A stretch of 64,000 nucleotides of DNA, from the NCBI RefSeq assembly GCF_006345805.1, contig NC_043003.1, positions 96,162,001-96,226,000 of the forward strand, given 5' to 3'. The notes beneath the pieces are model-generated. The model was not told the origin of the DNA. It did no database searches and was given only the letters and a program-made list of their open reading frames with translations. The position numbers were made by a program, and so were the translations under genes. This document shows, piece by piece, positions 1 through 11,316 of the stretch. The stretch comes from Octopus sinensis. Taxonomy: Eukaryota. Numbering within the stretch: the stretch's first letter is position 1; each line of letters starts with the position of its first letter.

Positions 1-1119
1 GAGGGTATGTGGAGATTAGAAAGAAAGGAAAGTAACGCTAGGCATCGGAGGTATCTATTGTAATATCCAAGAGAAAAGAACGTGATAGTATTGGCTTGTG
101 AAGGAGATGTTAAGTAGAGTGGGAAGGGCTGGCTGATGTCAAAATAATGAGTTTCGTACAGATGTTAATATAATGGAATTGTGACTGAGATCAAGTCAGA
201 TGTGTGATGAAACATTTTGTAAGTTTACAGTATATAATAGGACCCCTTCTGCCATGAATGACAGTTCCCCTCCAAGGCACATGTCTGGGCAAGGTTGTTT
301 TTGGAAGACTAGCAGCTGCCTATGCATGCCAGCCTCCCCTCTCCACACAACTGTGGTATCCAAGGGAAAGGCACAGGCCAATACAGCTTGGCACCAGTGA
401 TGTTGCAACTCACTTGTACAGCAAGTGAACTGGTGCAGTGTAAAATAAAGTATCTTGTTCAAGAACACAACACACAGCCTGCTCAGCTATTAAAAAAGTA
501 TATGTTATGTAAGAGTTTTTGTGTAAATGGGCTAACATAACACTTCTGCAATGTCATTGTTATTTTGTAAATATTACCTTTTAAAACTTGTTTACCATTG
601 AAGTATGACAGTCAAGTATATTTTTAACTTTATTTACAAGAGACCATAAATATGAGTCATACAGTTTTTATGACTACTAAGTCAGAAATTACTGTTGTTG
701 TAAGAAAAGTGGATTCAATGTGTATGTTATAGAGAGCTTTTTGTATTGCCAACAATGCACTGAAGTAGTCACACAAGAAACTTTTGATCAACAAGGTGAC
801 AGATGTACAGAGTTCATAGTTGAGTAAATTAGCTACAAAAGTTCTTGTGCAAGATATTGTTGAAAGGCAACAATTATGTTTTTGCTACAATTGCCAACAA
901 CAGAATGTAGGTTTATCTAGGATTTAAACTATCGTCTTTATCATCACAATATTTGCACAGGTTGGGTGGAATTTGTTGCGGTGGGTTTTTCTATGGCTGG
1001 ATGCTCTTCTTGACACCAACCCTGACATGTTTACAAATAAGGTAACATTATGGACTTGAATTTTCTGAGGCTGTTGAGAGTGGACTAGATGCCACCCAAG
1101 ATATGACACTCTACTTGTA

Positions 1120-1329
1120 CAAGGGGTGCTGAAAAGTTCCTGACTTTGGATAGAAGAAAATACAGGAGGATTGGTTAATTATGATATTTTTCAACGTATT
1201 CCCCTCCCAGATTCACACACTTATTGCAGTGGTCCTTCAGTTTTTCTTAGCCCTGAACTCGGAAGGTTGGGCCTCCAACCAGGCCTTTCACGATATCTTT
1301 AAAGCCAAGAACTTTTCAGAACCTCCTTA
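1120..1329. mobile_element. Tc1/mariner-type MITE
   Basis: TIRs caaggggtgctgaaaagttcctgacttt / aaagccaagaacttttcagaacctcctta, flanked by TA. Confidence 0.75.
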
Positions 1330-1516
1330 TATATTTATAGCTTTTAAATTTTTGATGATTATAATGACACAGCTGTATTTACCTTTACAGGGATTGGCTC
1401 ATTAATAAACTACAATAAAACTATTATGAGATACCCTCTTAACTATGAAGGCTGATACAAAAGTACAATTTAGCAGTGGTATGGTCCTCTGTTACCTCTC
1501 CTCTGAACAGGGCTAT

Positions 1517-1732
1517 TTAACCCTTTAGCATTTAAACCAGCCAAGCATTCTACCTGTTTTATGTTCACACTGGCCAGATCTGATCTCTCAAACTTACTCT
1601 ACAATGTATTTCTAAAAATAAACAATCACACCATCAAAATTCCAAAGCTATGAGTTAATGCAGGATTAATTCAAAACACTGTCAATACATAAGCATTACA
1701 TTCGGCAGAGTCTCTGAATGCTTAAGGGTTAA
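1517..1732. mobile_element. piggyBac-type MITE family A (related copies ~16665-16755, 18247-18450, 34118-34298, 50160-50375)
   Basis: TTAA-CCCTTTAGCATT...AATGCTTAAGGG-TTAA termini, with internal sequence shared among copies. Confidence 0.75.
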
Positions 1733-3913
1733 ATGGTTATCCATTTTGGCAAATGTATGACTTCTGTAGAGAAGGTGTTTACTACACCCTTTATTAACTT
1801 TACAGGGATGATAGGCAAAGTAAAACCTGGCAATAAGCCTTGCACTATTTAAATGTGGGGCTAAAACCTAATCCTATACCCTGTTTTCAGGGATTTAAAC
1901 AAAAACAAGTAATCCAACCCCTCCCAGAATAAGGTGCTGGTTTTGTATATACTTCTTACTTTCAGCAGATATTGAACTCAGATAATACCAATATAATACC
2001 AGTGATAAAGTATGTATCTCCAACCTCTTAGTTAACTGTCTAGTATCCTATGAAGTCTGCCATTTGTGCACTTATTTAAAGATATAAATATTGAAAATAT
2101 GCATTATTGCAGAAATTTAGACATATTCTTAATAGACAAAGGTTACTTAAGTCCACATTCTAGATTTAAATACTATTTTAAAGTTTCCCTAGCTTAGGGC
2201 ATCTAATTGAAAGCATGCAACCCAATCAGCCTGAAGTTGGTGTTGTGTATACATGCATGCATATACACACTCTCACTCATAGACACACATGCACACACAC
2301 TCATGCACACTCTCTCCATCCATCTTTCTCTCTTATTTTCTCTCTATTTTAAGGTTTATTTCTAAACTATTCATCTGTAATGTTATGCAACCAATACTGA
2401 AAGGGAACTAAACTACACTCCAGAATGCAAATGTGTTTGTTAAAAAGAGTTGCTGAGTTCATGAGATCTTTTTTAAAATAAAAAATTTAAGTATGATGTA
2501 CTTATTAAAAAAAAAAAAAAAATCAAGTTGATACAATTTTTAATAGTTTGAAGTATATTTACCAAAATTATCTTCATTCTTCCAACCCTACATTCACTCA
2601 AATATTCTATATGCATATTTTTTTCATATGTAGAAAATTTTGCACTAAAACATTTTTGTGCGCATCATTCATTTAAAAAAAGAAAAAAGAGAACATTGAT
2701 TGTCGCCAGTATAGATTCTTTTCTCAGTAACTTTAACTTAAACATTTTGCAGAAGTTTCATCAATTATTTTTAACCTTTAATTAATTGAATTTATGGCAT
2801 TTTAATTATCATATTTCCTTTAACATATAAGATAAGTTTTGAATTTGTGAAATGAACTTTGAAATTTTATTCAAGAATTCATCATTTCAAATAATTATCT
2901 AACTTACACAATGAAAGCTTTTATAATTTGAATGAACTAATCAATAACCATTCACTGAAATGAAGTCATGCAATTTTGAAAAATTGAAGTATTATGGCGT
3001 GTATTTTCAAATTTCTAAAATTTGTAGAGTTTGGTCAATTCCTTAAGAATATTGGTATTTAATTTTGTATTTTAACATTAGTAGACATTCTTTATGATAT
3101 ATTAGCCAATTTCGTGCATCTGTTACATTTAGTACACAATTTATAGTTCTTATCTCACACGACAGTTGTTTTATCTGGTTGGCCTTTTCCTTTTTTTTAT
3201 TTATTAGATTTTTATCATGAATCATTTTATTAATACTATGTATGAATTTATACTTCAAAAATATGGATCTATCTTTTTTGGTTGCAAAGGAAGATATGGA
3301 GCTCCTTTGAGTTAAGCCTTTACATATGACACTTATGCCATGAAAAAGGGCATGTATGTTTTAACTTAGCATTTTGTGTCTAACAAATCTAAAAACTCCA
3401 ATAAAGAAATTGTAAATCCAAGAAGAATTATTACTTAGATTAAAGGATTTGATATATGTAACTTCAGAAAAGTTGGTCAAACATTAGAAACAGTAGAATG
3501 CAAGACTCAAGTTTTCTTCTTCAACAATCTGAGCTAAAATTTTCATCCACATAATTGAAATCAGCACCAAACATTATGCTGGTATTAACTTAATCATTTC
3601 TACTCCTTTCTTAGAAATATGTGGCTTTGTTCAAGGGTAAAAATTTTAAAAAATCATGTCGAAACTATTATGGTTATGTGTTTAGTGCCATGTGATTTCA
3701 AGTTTGGCTCATTTTATGGTTTTTTGGATGAGTATCTTCTGGTATTATCTCTCAGGTTGACCAGAACTTAGTGGTTTGACAAAAAGAGTAGCAGACATAT
3801 CAGTATATGCTGGGATTGATATGATCAATTAAAATACTCCAAGGTAGTGCCCTAGCATGGCTGCAGGCCAATGACTCAATCCAGTAAAAGAATATATATA
3901 CTTGTGTGCGTAC

Positions 3914-3957
<44 letters not shown>

Positions 3958-5156
3958 ATGCGTGTGTGCGCATGTGTGTGTGATACAAATAAGGAAAACA
4001 AACTCCAAATTTTGCAAAAGAGTAGAAAATCAAAGAAAAAGCATTAAAGGGTTGATAAATCTTTAAATGAATAATGATTGGAAGTGAATGATATTACTTG
4101 TATGACGGTGTTGCTTGTTCACAACTACCACACAATGTCAAGACAAGAATACATACATGCATACTCATGTACACACACATGCACTCCCACTTCTCCCTCC
4201 ACACACACACACTCACACATACACACACATGAGAAAACATGAAAATATGTCAAACCAAGTTAAATCATAGTCATGGCCAGTGCCGGTGTGTTGGTGACAC
4301 TCAAAAGGCAACCATGCTGGTGACATGTAAAAGGCACTCATTCCAGTGACATAAAAGACACCCAGTACACTGTGCAGAGTGGTTGGTGCTAGGAAGGGCC
4401 ACCAGCTGTAGGAACCAAGCCAAAACAGATGATTGGAGCCTAGTGCAGTTCTCTGGCTTACCAGCTTCAGTCAAACCATCTAATTCATGCCAGCGTGGAA
4501 AACGTCTTCCATCTAGTAAAGCCACTTACAAGGCTTTGGTTGACCAAGGACTACAGTGGAAGCAACTTGCTGAGAGTGTACCGAAAAAATTTCCATCTCC
4601 CAACCACATGGTTTTGGAACTGAGCTAGATCTGAAACTACATACATGGGAAGTGAACCTGTTAACCACACAGCGATGCCTGCACCTATGTACTTACAAAA
4701 TTTTAATCTAGGCTACTTTCTATTAGCATCCACTGCCTTTTGTAAATTTTGTACCATGTTTTTATGAAATTCATCCAGTAACCTAAACTGCAAACTGTCG
4801 TAAGGAAATCTGTAACTTATGTTAAATATCATGTTGTTATGGTAACTATGGGAAGGGTTGCATCTAAAAGTAGATTTGAAAAATATTCTCATACTGAACA
4901 ACTTTGGATAATTAAATGAAATGAAATTACTCTGTTTAACAGCAGTACTTTGTGTGGGTGCATGACTGATTGGTCAGCCTGGGAATATAGTTGAAGACAT
5001 TTGTGCAGAGTGTGGGAAGTGAGCTTCTCAACCACAGAGCCATGACTGTGCTTATAATTTCTCTCTCTTTCTCTCTCTCTCACAAACAGAGAGAGAGTAT
5101 TTGTATTGAAATTGAGTTTGTTTAACAATTAGAGATTCAACTGCAATAAAAAAATG

Positions 5157-5375
5157 CATCATCATCATCGATTAACGTCCGTTTTCCATGCTAGCATGGG
5201 TTGGACGGTTTGACCAGGGATCTGGGAAGCCAGAAGGCTGCACCAGGCTCCAGTCTGATCTGGCAGTGTTTCTACAGCTGGATGCCCTTCCTAACACCAA
5301 CCACTCCGTGAGCGTAGTGGGTGCTTTTTACGTGCCACCGGCACAGGTGCCAGGCGAGGCTGGCAACGGCCATGA
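5157..5375 (-). mobile_element. Abundant SINE-like repeat with (GAT)n tail, probably RTE-mobilised (other copies ~4270-4510, 5820-6000, 15345-15505, 26940-27220, 30470-30660, 30793-31070, 52625-53170, 58440-58845, 63440-63690)
   Basis: Recurrent block catcatcatcgtttaacgtcc..ccatgctagcatgggttggacgg..gtttctacagctggatgcccttcctaa in both orientations. The RTE link is inferred from the short-repeat tail. Confidence 0.75.
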
Positions 5376-5432
5376 TATTTTATACAATACGTATTGAGCA
5401 CTCCTCTCTCATTCATCCAACATAAATCACTG

Positions 5433-5468
<36 letters not shown>

Positions 5469-6131
5469 AAGGTGAATGGCCTAGTGGTTTGGGTGTGGCA
5501 TTCATAATTGCAAGATCGTGGTGTCAATTCCCAGATCAACAGTGCATTGTGTTCATGAGCAAAACGTTTCATTTTACATTACTCTAGTCCACCCGGCTGT
5601 AAATGGGTAATTCTACAACAGATTGGCATTCTGTTCAAAATGAATTGTTGGCTTGTCCGCCAAGCCAGAGGAGTGGCATCATTTGAAAGCTACAACAATG
5701 CAAGGAAGTACATTGTGACCAGTGTTATTTAACATCTGATAGTCTAGTCAATACAGTGATACATCCACCTCCTCCTCCTCTAGCTTCTCTGCCTCCCCCA
5801 GCCCCTCCTTCTCCACATCATCATCATTGTCATCATTTAATATTCATTTTCCATGCTGGCATGGGTTGAATGATTTCACAGGAGCTGGCTAGTCGGCAGA
5901 TTGTGCTGAGCTCTGTTGACTGATTTGGCACAGTTTTCTATGGTAGGATGCCCTTCCTAATGCCATACTTTACAGAATGTAATGGGTGCTTTTTTTGTGG
6001 GGTCATTAAGTAATTTACAAGAGAAAGACTAGCTCAACGACTTCTAAGGTGGGTTGGCTAGTAGTGAGGTAAAGCGGGATAGAGATAGGTGTCTTGCTAT
6101 GGAGGAGATACATGGATACTCTAGTTGGAAC

Positions 6132-6136
<5 letters not shown>

Positions 6137-6199
<63 letters not shown>
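6137..6199. repeat. (AG)n microsatellite, ~80 nt upstream of the first coding exon acceptor
   Basis: About 31 perfect AG units. Confidence 0.95.
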
Positions 6200-6201
<2 letters not shown>

Positions 6202-6281
6202 AATATGTATGTATTCATACTCACACAAATCCATATTCATTCCTCATAATTTATATGTTATTTTCTTTTTCTCTTTTGCAG

Positions 6282-6318
6282 ACATTTTCTCAGTATGATA
6301 TAGACAAAGAATTCTGTG
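6282..6318 (+). promoter_or_regulatory. 5' UTR part of the first coding exon, with a two-codon uORF ATG-ATA-TAG (6295-6303)
   Basis: Acceptor ttttgcag ends at 6281 and a second ttttctcag ends at 6293. The uORF is in frame with the main ATG, starting 24 nt upstream. Confidence 0.6.
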
Positions 6319-6384
6319 ATGGAATCTTTCAGACATTTAACTATATTGACATGGAAGAACTTAACTTTACATAAGAGAAATTTA
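6319..6384 (+). CDS. ABCA1: ABCA1-like transporter, first coding exon (MESFRHLTILTWKNLTLHKRNL), phase 0
   Basis: 22 codons matching the ABCA N-terminal motif (human [22 protein letters not shown]). Pyrimidine tract and AG end at 6281, in-frame TAG upstream at 6301, GTAAGT donor at 6385. The exact ABCA paralogue is not resolved. Confidence 0.93.
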
Positions 6385-6470
6385 GTAAGTAAAACTTTCA
6401 GAAGTCATTTGTAATTTTCAATATCATTGATTTTTATTTTTCACTATCTATTGATATACATGAATTGTTG

Positions 6471-6723
6471 TTAACCTTTTCCTTGTCCAAAGCATTTTCA
6501 TAACTTTATTCTAATCATCCATGCTTGTTTTCAGACTTTTAGTTAGACCTTGTTTCATATGTTCTGTGTAATATAAAGCTTTCTTTTCATAAGTCCCAAG
6601 TTACTATAGTTGTTGAAAAAAGTAAAAGAAAAAATTAAGAATGTGTATCGTATATGATGCATGCACACCAGGGAAATATGTCCTACATGTCACATGTGAT
6701 GCACAAGACAAGCAAAGGGTTAA
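6471..6723. mobile_element. piggyBac-type MITE family B (inverted copy at ~48797-49038)
   Basis: ttaaccttttccttgtc...gacaagcaaagggttaa termini. Interior is reverse-complementary to 48797-49038. Confidence 0.7.
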
Positions 6724-7100
6724 GCCACAAACTTATGATCAAATAAGTTCCAGTTATGACCATTCTGTCTTTTTTTTTTTTGAGACATAGGTTTAAAACT
6801 TCACTGTTCAATATGTTGTTCTTTTTTATTTTATGATGATTGCATGCAATTTTAAGAAGTTTTGTCTACTGTTGGTAGCATGTCACTTGTTGGCTAATAA
6901 ATCAGATGAGTGCATATAACTGAGTGAGTAATAAGTAATCTTAAGTACATGGCTGCCTGTCAAGAACATTATCTTTGTAGAAGGCAAAATGTGTGTTGGA
7001 CAAATCTATCGATACTGTCATATCTTTCTTTTATAACATTCTTATTTATATGTGTGTCACTGTTGACTGTACTTAGTGTCTTAGCAGCAATTGAAATATA

Positions 7101-7610
7101 TACAGGGTGCTGTGAATAAACTGTTGTCTAAATTATGCAAAAATGAAAATAACACTGACATCTCATTTTAACAAATATATTTACCAAAATTACATAAAAA
7201 TATCTTGAAATACTAGTGAGTAAATTTATTCAATAAAATTGCCATTGGCTTCAACTATGGCTTCCAGGCAACTTCAGAATCTCCTGCAACTCTTCTGGAT
7301 GGTCTCCTTATTTAAGTTGGTGAATGTTGCCATTATCCTTGCCTTCAGTTCATCTTTGCTGTTGCAAAGAGTTTTGTTGGTCTCTCACCCAACTGCACCC
7401 CACACATAATAATCAAGGCGTGGGGAGTTATGTGGCCAGATGTTAAGGGTGATGTGGTTGCAGAAATTGTCTGACAGCCATGACTGTGTGGCATGTTGCA
7501 GAGTCCTGTTGCCAGATATAGAGTCTTCCAACAGCCACCCTCTTGACCCAGGGCAGCACTACCTCCACCAGGCACTTGATATAGGCCTCCATGTTGAGTC
7601 AGCCTCAGGC
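7101..7610 (-). mobile_element. Tc1/mariner (maT/DD37D-like) transposon 3' fragment with a pseudogenised transposase
   Basis: Minus-strand translation YIWQQDSATCH..WLSDNF..IWPHNSP..LDYYVWG..DELKARI..IVEANGNFIE* with stops. Terminus tacagggtg at 7101. Confidence 0.85.
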
Positions 7611-7724
7611 TGTATAAGAAGATGAATACTTATCTGTCAGAAGCTTTCCTATTTCCGTTTTCTTTCTCTTCTTCAATATTCTTTTCTACTCTAGGCACAA
7701 GGCCCAAAATTCAGGGAGTATCTT

Positions 7725-8115
7725 TTATGCTTTATCTTTTACTTGTTTCAGTCATTAAACTGTGGCCATGCTGGGGCACCACTTGAAGAATTTTAGTAGA
7801 ATCAATCGACCTTAGTACTTATTTTTTAAAGCTTGGTACTTATTCTATCATTGTCTTTTGCCAAACTGCTAAGTTACTTCGATATAAACACACCAACACC
7901 AGTTGTCAAGTGGTGGTGTGGGACAAGCACAAAGACACACACACACATACAGACATACATTCACACATACACACACACACATAGTAGGTTTCTTTCAGTT
8001 TCCTTCTACCAGATTTACTCACAAGGCTTTGGTCAGCCCAAGGCTATAGTAAAAGACGCTTGGCCAAGGTGCCATGCAGTGGGACTAAGCCCAGAACCAT
8101 GTTGTTGGGAAACAG
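7725..8115 (-). mobile_element. tRNA-derived SINE family 1, degraded copy
   Basis: Reverse complement of the family at 24313, with internal (CA)n. Confidence 0.8.
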
Positions 8116-8478
8116 ACTGAGAAAAACAGTTCAAATCAATTTCCTTACTTTCTTTTTTTTTCACTGTGTGGTGGATGGGGTGGATATTAAAGTCAAACCT
8201 GGATGGGGGTCTGAATTTAGAATATTCTTATTTGTTAATGTTTTTGCTAATATTTAACAGAAGCAACAGAGTGACTCAAGGGCCAAGAGTTTCGTGTGTT
8301 AGCACAAAACTCCTGGCCCTTGAGTTACTCTGTTACTTCTGCTCAATATTAATAACACACACACACACAGATATATATATATATAGAGAGAGAGATTCAG
8401 ATGAATATGGTACTTAAGTTAAAGGCACCAGAATTTAGTATGGTATTATCCATATAATTCAAATTGGGGTGATTATAA

Positions 8479-8946
8479 TCAAAATAAGCAACAAGGATAT
8501 CTAGAGGTAATGCAGTACGATCGTTTCATGCAACTTCATTTAATTGAACAATGCAAACATTACATCAATTTAAAATGTAGGGCAATCTTCAGTTGCATAA
8601 AAATATAGAATTTAATTAAATTGGAAGAACTCATTTGTATAATTTTCTTTTTATTCAAAATCACCAAGAGGATAAATAGATAAGACAAAGAACATGTTTT
8701 ATCAACAACATCACAGTTGTAACTGAGATTTTTTCGAAAAAGACACTGCTTATCACTGATTATTTTTGTTATTCAGATTTACTAGTGGTGGTGGGAGAAT
8801 GTTTAGTTTTAATTTATAGACTAGTTTATCAGCTGAAGATTGCTCTACATTTTAAATTGATGTAATGTTTGCATTGTTCAATTAAATGGAGTTGCATGAA
8901 ACGATCATACAGCACTACCTCTGGATATCCTTGTTGCTTATTTTGA
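8479..8946. repeat. Inverted repeat (~122-nt arms, 8479-8601 and 8825-8946), each arm carrying a hammerhead-like fold; Penelope-like remnant
   Basis: Arms are reverse complements with few mismatches. Each contains CTGAAGA...GAAACGATC. Confidence 0.85.
8510..8598 (-). ncRNA. Type I minimal hammerhead ribozyme-like motif with extended stem II
   Basis: Minus strand reads ATGCAA-CTGAAGA-(long hairpin)-GAAA-CGATCG-TA-CTGCAT: intact core, palindromic stem III, GUA triplet, one mismatch at the base of stem I. Confidence 0.65.
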
Positions 8947-8947
8947 A

Positions 8948-9006
<59 letters not shown>

Positions 9007-9027
9007 GCTTTATCTTTTACTTGTTTT

Positions 9028-9393
9028 AGAGATTTATTATTGCTTGTATACACTTTTTCAAGATCAGTGACGAAAAGTCACTGGAAAAAGGATATAAATA
9101 TTTGCATTGGGACCCTTCTATCGAAAACCGGTGATTGTCGTGTGCTGATGACGAGTCAATACCCAGAAACTGCAGTCACTTAGGTTGACGAGGGAAGGAT
9201 GACCTCCCTTTGCAAATACTGATAGGGCACAGAAAGTGTGTCAACAGCCAGCTGGAGGAGATGTTCTCCTGGGGCTACAAGCTACAGTAACATCCACCCT
9301 TAGTGGTTAGCCATATTGAGATGGCAAATATACTTCACATTGTTGTGCAGTTACTGTCTATACCTCGTTCAGAGATTTATTATTGCTTATATA
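9028..9393 (+). mobile_element. Putative non-LTR retrozyme monomer (343-bp period, 23-nt terminal redundancy) with a hammerhead-like motif at 9136-9192
   Basis: agagatttattattgctt(g/a)tata occurs at 9028 and 9371. CTGATGA at 9145-9151, GAAA at 9166-9169, then CTGCAG palindrome and GTC. Confidence 0.55.
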
Positions 9394-9925
9394 TATTTGT
9401 ATGTATATATATATATACACTCCTGTTTTGATTTCTATTTTTCCTATTTGAATCATCAAACCTGTTTTTATCAATTAGATGGAGGTAAAGTTGGTATGTT
9501 TAATGTTCAGCTGGAATGCCTCAGTCTTGGTATCCTTGTTGGGTTGGAGTGACCAAAGAAGCATTTACATTTGGTGGTGTGGAAGGTGGAGCTGAGTAAG
9601 AAAATTCGGAAAGATTTCTTTTGTGTGCATTGTGGACTTGGAAGCAAAATGGGGAGTAAAGGTAGTGAGTTTATTTGTTGAGAGCGACTTTCAGAGATAC
9701 CTTAGTTGAGAAATAGCATAGTAAGGGATTTTGCAGATTAACTGAGAACTTACTAGCAAAGGACCAAAATGCTGGGAGAGTTTGTTCTCTGTACAGTAAC
9801 TGAATCAAATGGATTTTGGGGTTATTTATTTTGATTGAGATTTATAGAGGGTCATACCTAATAGAGTTGTCTGATAAGAGTAATACTGCGTAACATGATT
9901 TTTGTTGTTGTGTAGCAACTGTTAA

Positions 9926-10327
9926 TTCCTATTTGCTTACCCTTAGAAAGTATGAAAAATTGCTAATATTTCCTTCAAACTTTGCTTTTGTTACATTTAT
10001 CCAAATACTAAATTAAAGCCTCTCAATACATGGCTATGAGGCACCCCTCCCAACTCCACTCCTGCTCATGATCAGTGATGCATATATTGTCAGATACTTA
10101 GGGACATGTTCATGTGGTTAAGGTGAAGCAACTGGCAAGCACATCTGTGGTATTGAGCAGAATATTTGCTATAGTGATATTTCTGCTTCAGCAACTCAGT
10201 GCTGAATCTGTCTGAAATGTAATGGAAAATAGGTCAGTCTCAGAACATTGGTGGCAAGGTCACAAAAGCAAAGTTTGAATGGAATAGTAGTCATTTTCTT
10301 TGATTTCTAGATAGAAGTAAATAGGAA
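9926..10327. mobile_element. MITE with ~75-nt degenerate TIRs
   Basis: ttcctatttg..ttccttcaaactttgcttttgttac versus gtcacaaaagcaaagtttgaatggaa..aaataggaa. Confidence 0.65.
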
Positions 10328-10670
10328 ATAACACTTACTGACCAAAGACAAAAAAAAAAAAGAATAAAAATTTGTTACACAGTATAATCAATGTGGAAGA
10401 GTTGAAGTATGAGGGATGACAAAGAAATGTTGTGGGGCAGGTTGCTTTGATTAGTCAGAGATTAGATGGTGTGATGAATGCAAAAACTGATGGTGAGGTG
10501 AATGTTGTCCATTTAGTTACACTAATGTAACTTAAACCAATACTCATATAAGATAAACTCTTGCATAAATAAAAATGGAAATAAAGCTGTCAAAATACTT
10601 TTGCTGCTACAGTTCTATATTTAAGAGATAAGGAATTATGTACATTTACTCTTAACCACTATGCATATGC

Positions 10671-11316
10671 TTATGGCGTAGTGGTTAAGAGCGTGGGCTA
10701 CTAACCCCAAGATTCCAAGTTCGATTCAAAGCAGTGACCTGAACAATAACAATAATAATAATAATAATTAATTCTTTTTATTGGCCACAAGGGCTGATAA
10801 ATATGATTAGAAAACATAAAGGGACAAAACAGGACAAAAGGTTACAAAAGGTTTTGTCTGTTTTTCGAAAGAAAAAAGTCCATGTAAACAAGCTTTACAA
10901 CAACGAAAAAATTCAACAATTTACAATACTCCCAATAGAGGAGACGCTTCAAAAAAAGAAAAGGTCTCACGTGGAAAAACCCATAAAAGCCACGGGAGCC
11001 TGGTCAAAAGTGGGGTTGAGAGCCCCTTTCTTCTTTTATAATACCTTTTTCAATTACAGGTGAAACCTCAGAATTGGTCCATTTACACTGGCCATTCTTG
11101 CACAATTCACCCACCTTTCAGAAAACTTGCTATCAGACAGCACTCTCCTCTTTAACCTCATCTTCCTTTTCAAGTGAAACATTGAAAAATACCTTAGGAA
11201 TGAGAACCCAGGTTTGAAATTTCCACAAGACAACTGAAGAAGGCTGGAGGGTATATCAGCCGGAACGTGTTAACAACAAACAAGATGACGACAAATATCT
11301 GTCAAATGTAAATAAA
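10671..11316 (+). mobile_element. tRNA-derived SINE with a Penelope-like, hammerhead-like tail, interrupted by a LINE fragment
   Basis: A box tggcgtagtgg and B box agttcgattc, then (AAT)n. After the insertion: CTGAAGA-A-GGCTG..CAGCC-GGAACG. Joining the two parts into one element is inference. Confidence 0.55.
10772..11180 (-). mobile_element. 5'-truncated L1/Tx1-like LINE 3' end
   Basis: Minus-strand FHLKRKMRLKRRVLSDSKFSERWVNCARMASVNGPIL resembles a Tx1-clade ORF2 C-terminus, followed by a 3' UTR with AATAAA and a (TTA)n end. Confidence 0.55.

Noticed and set aside
1-6281. ABCA promoter or non-coding first exon
   Set aside because: No CpG island or convincing promoter. The region is repeat-filled and probably intronic.
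10671-10742. tRNA gene (likewise the heads at 24313, 39591, 40811)
   Set aside because: A and B boxes are present but acceptor stems are broken, and each continues into a repeat body, so these are SINE heads.
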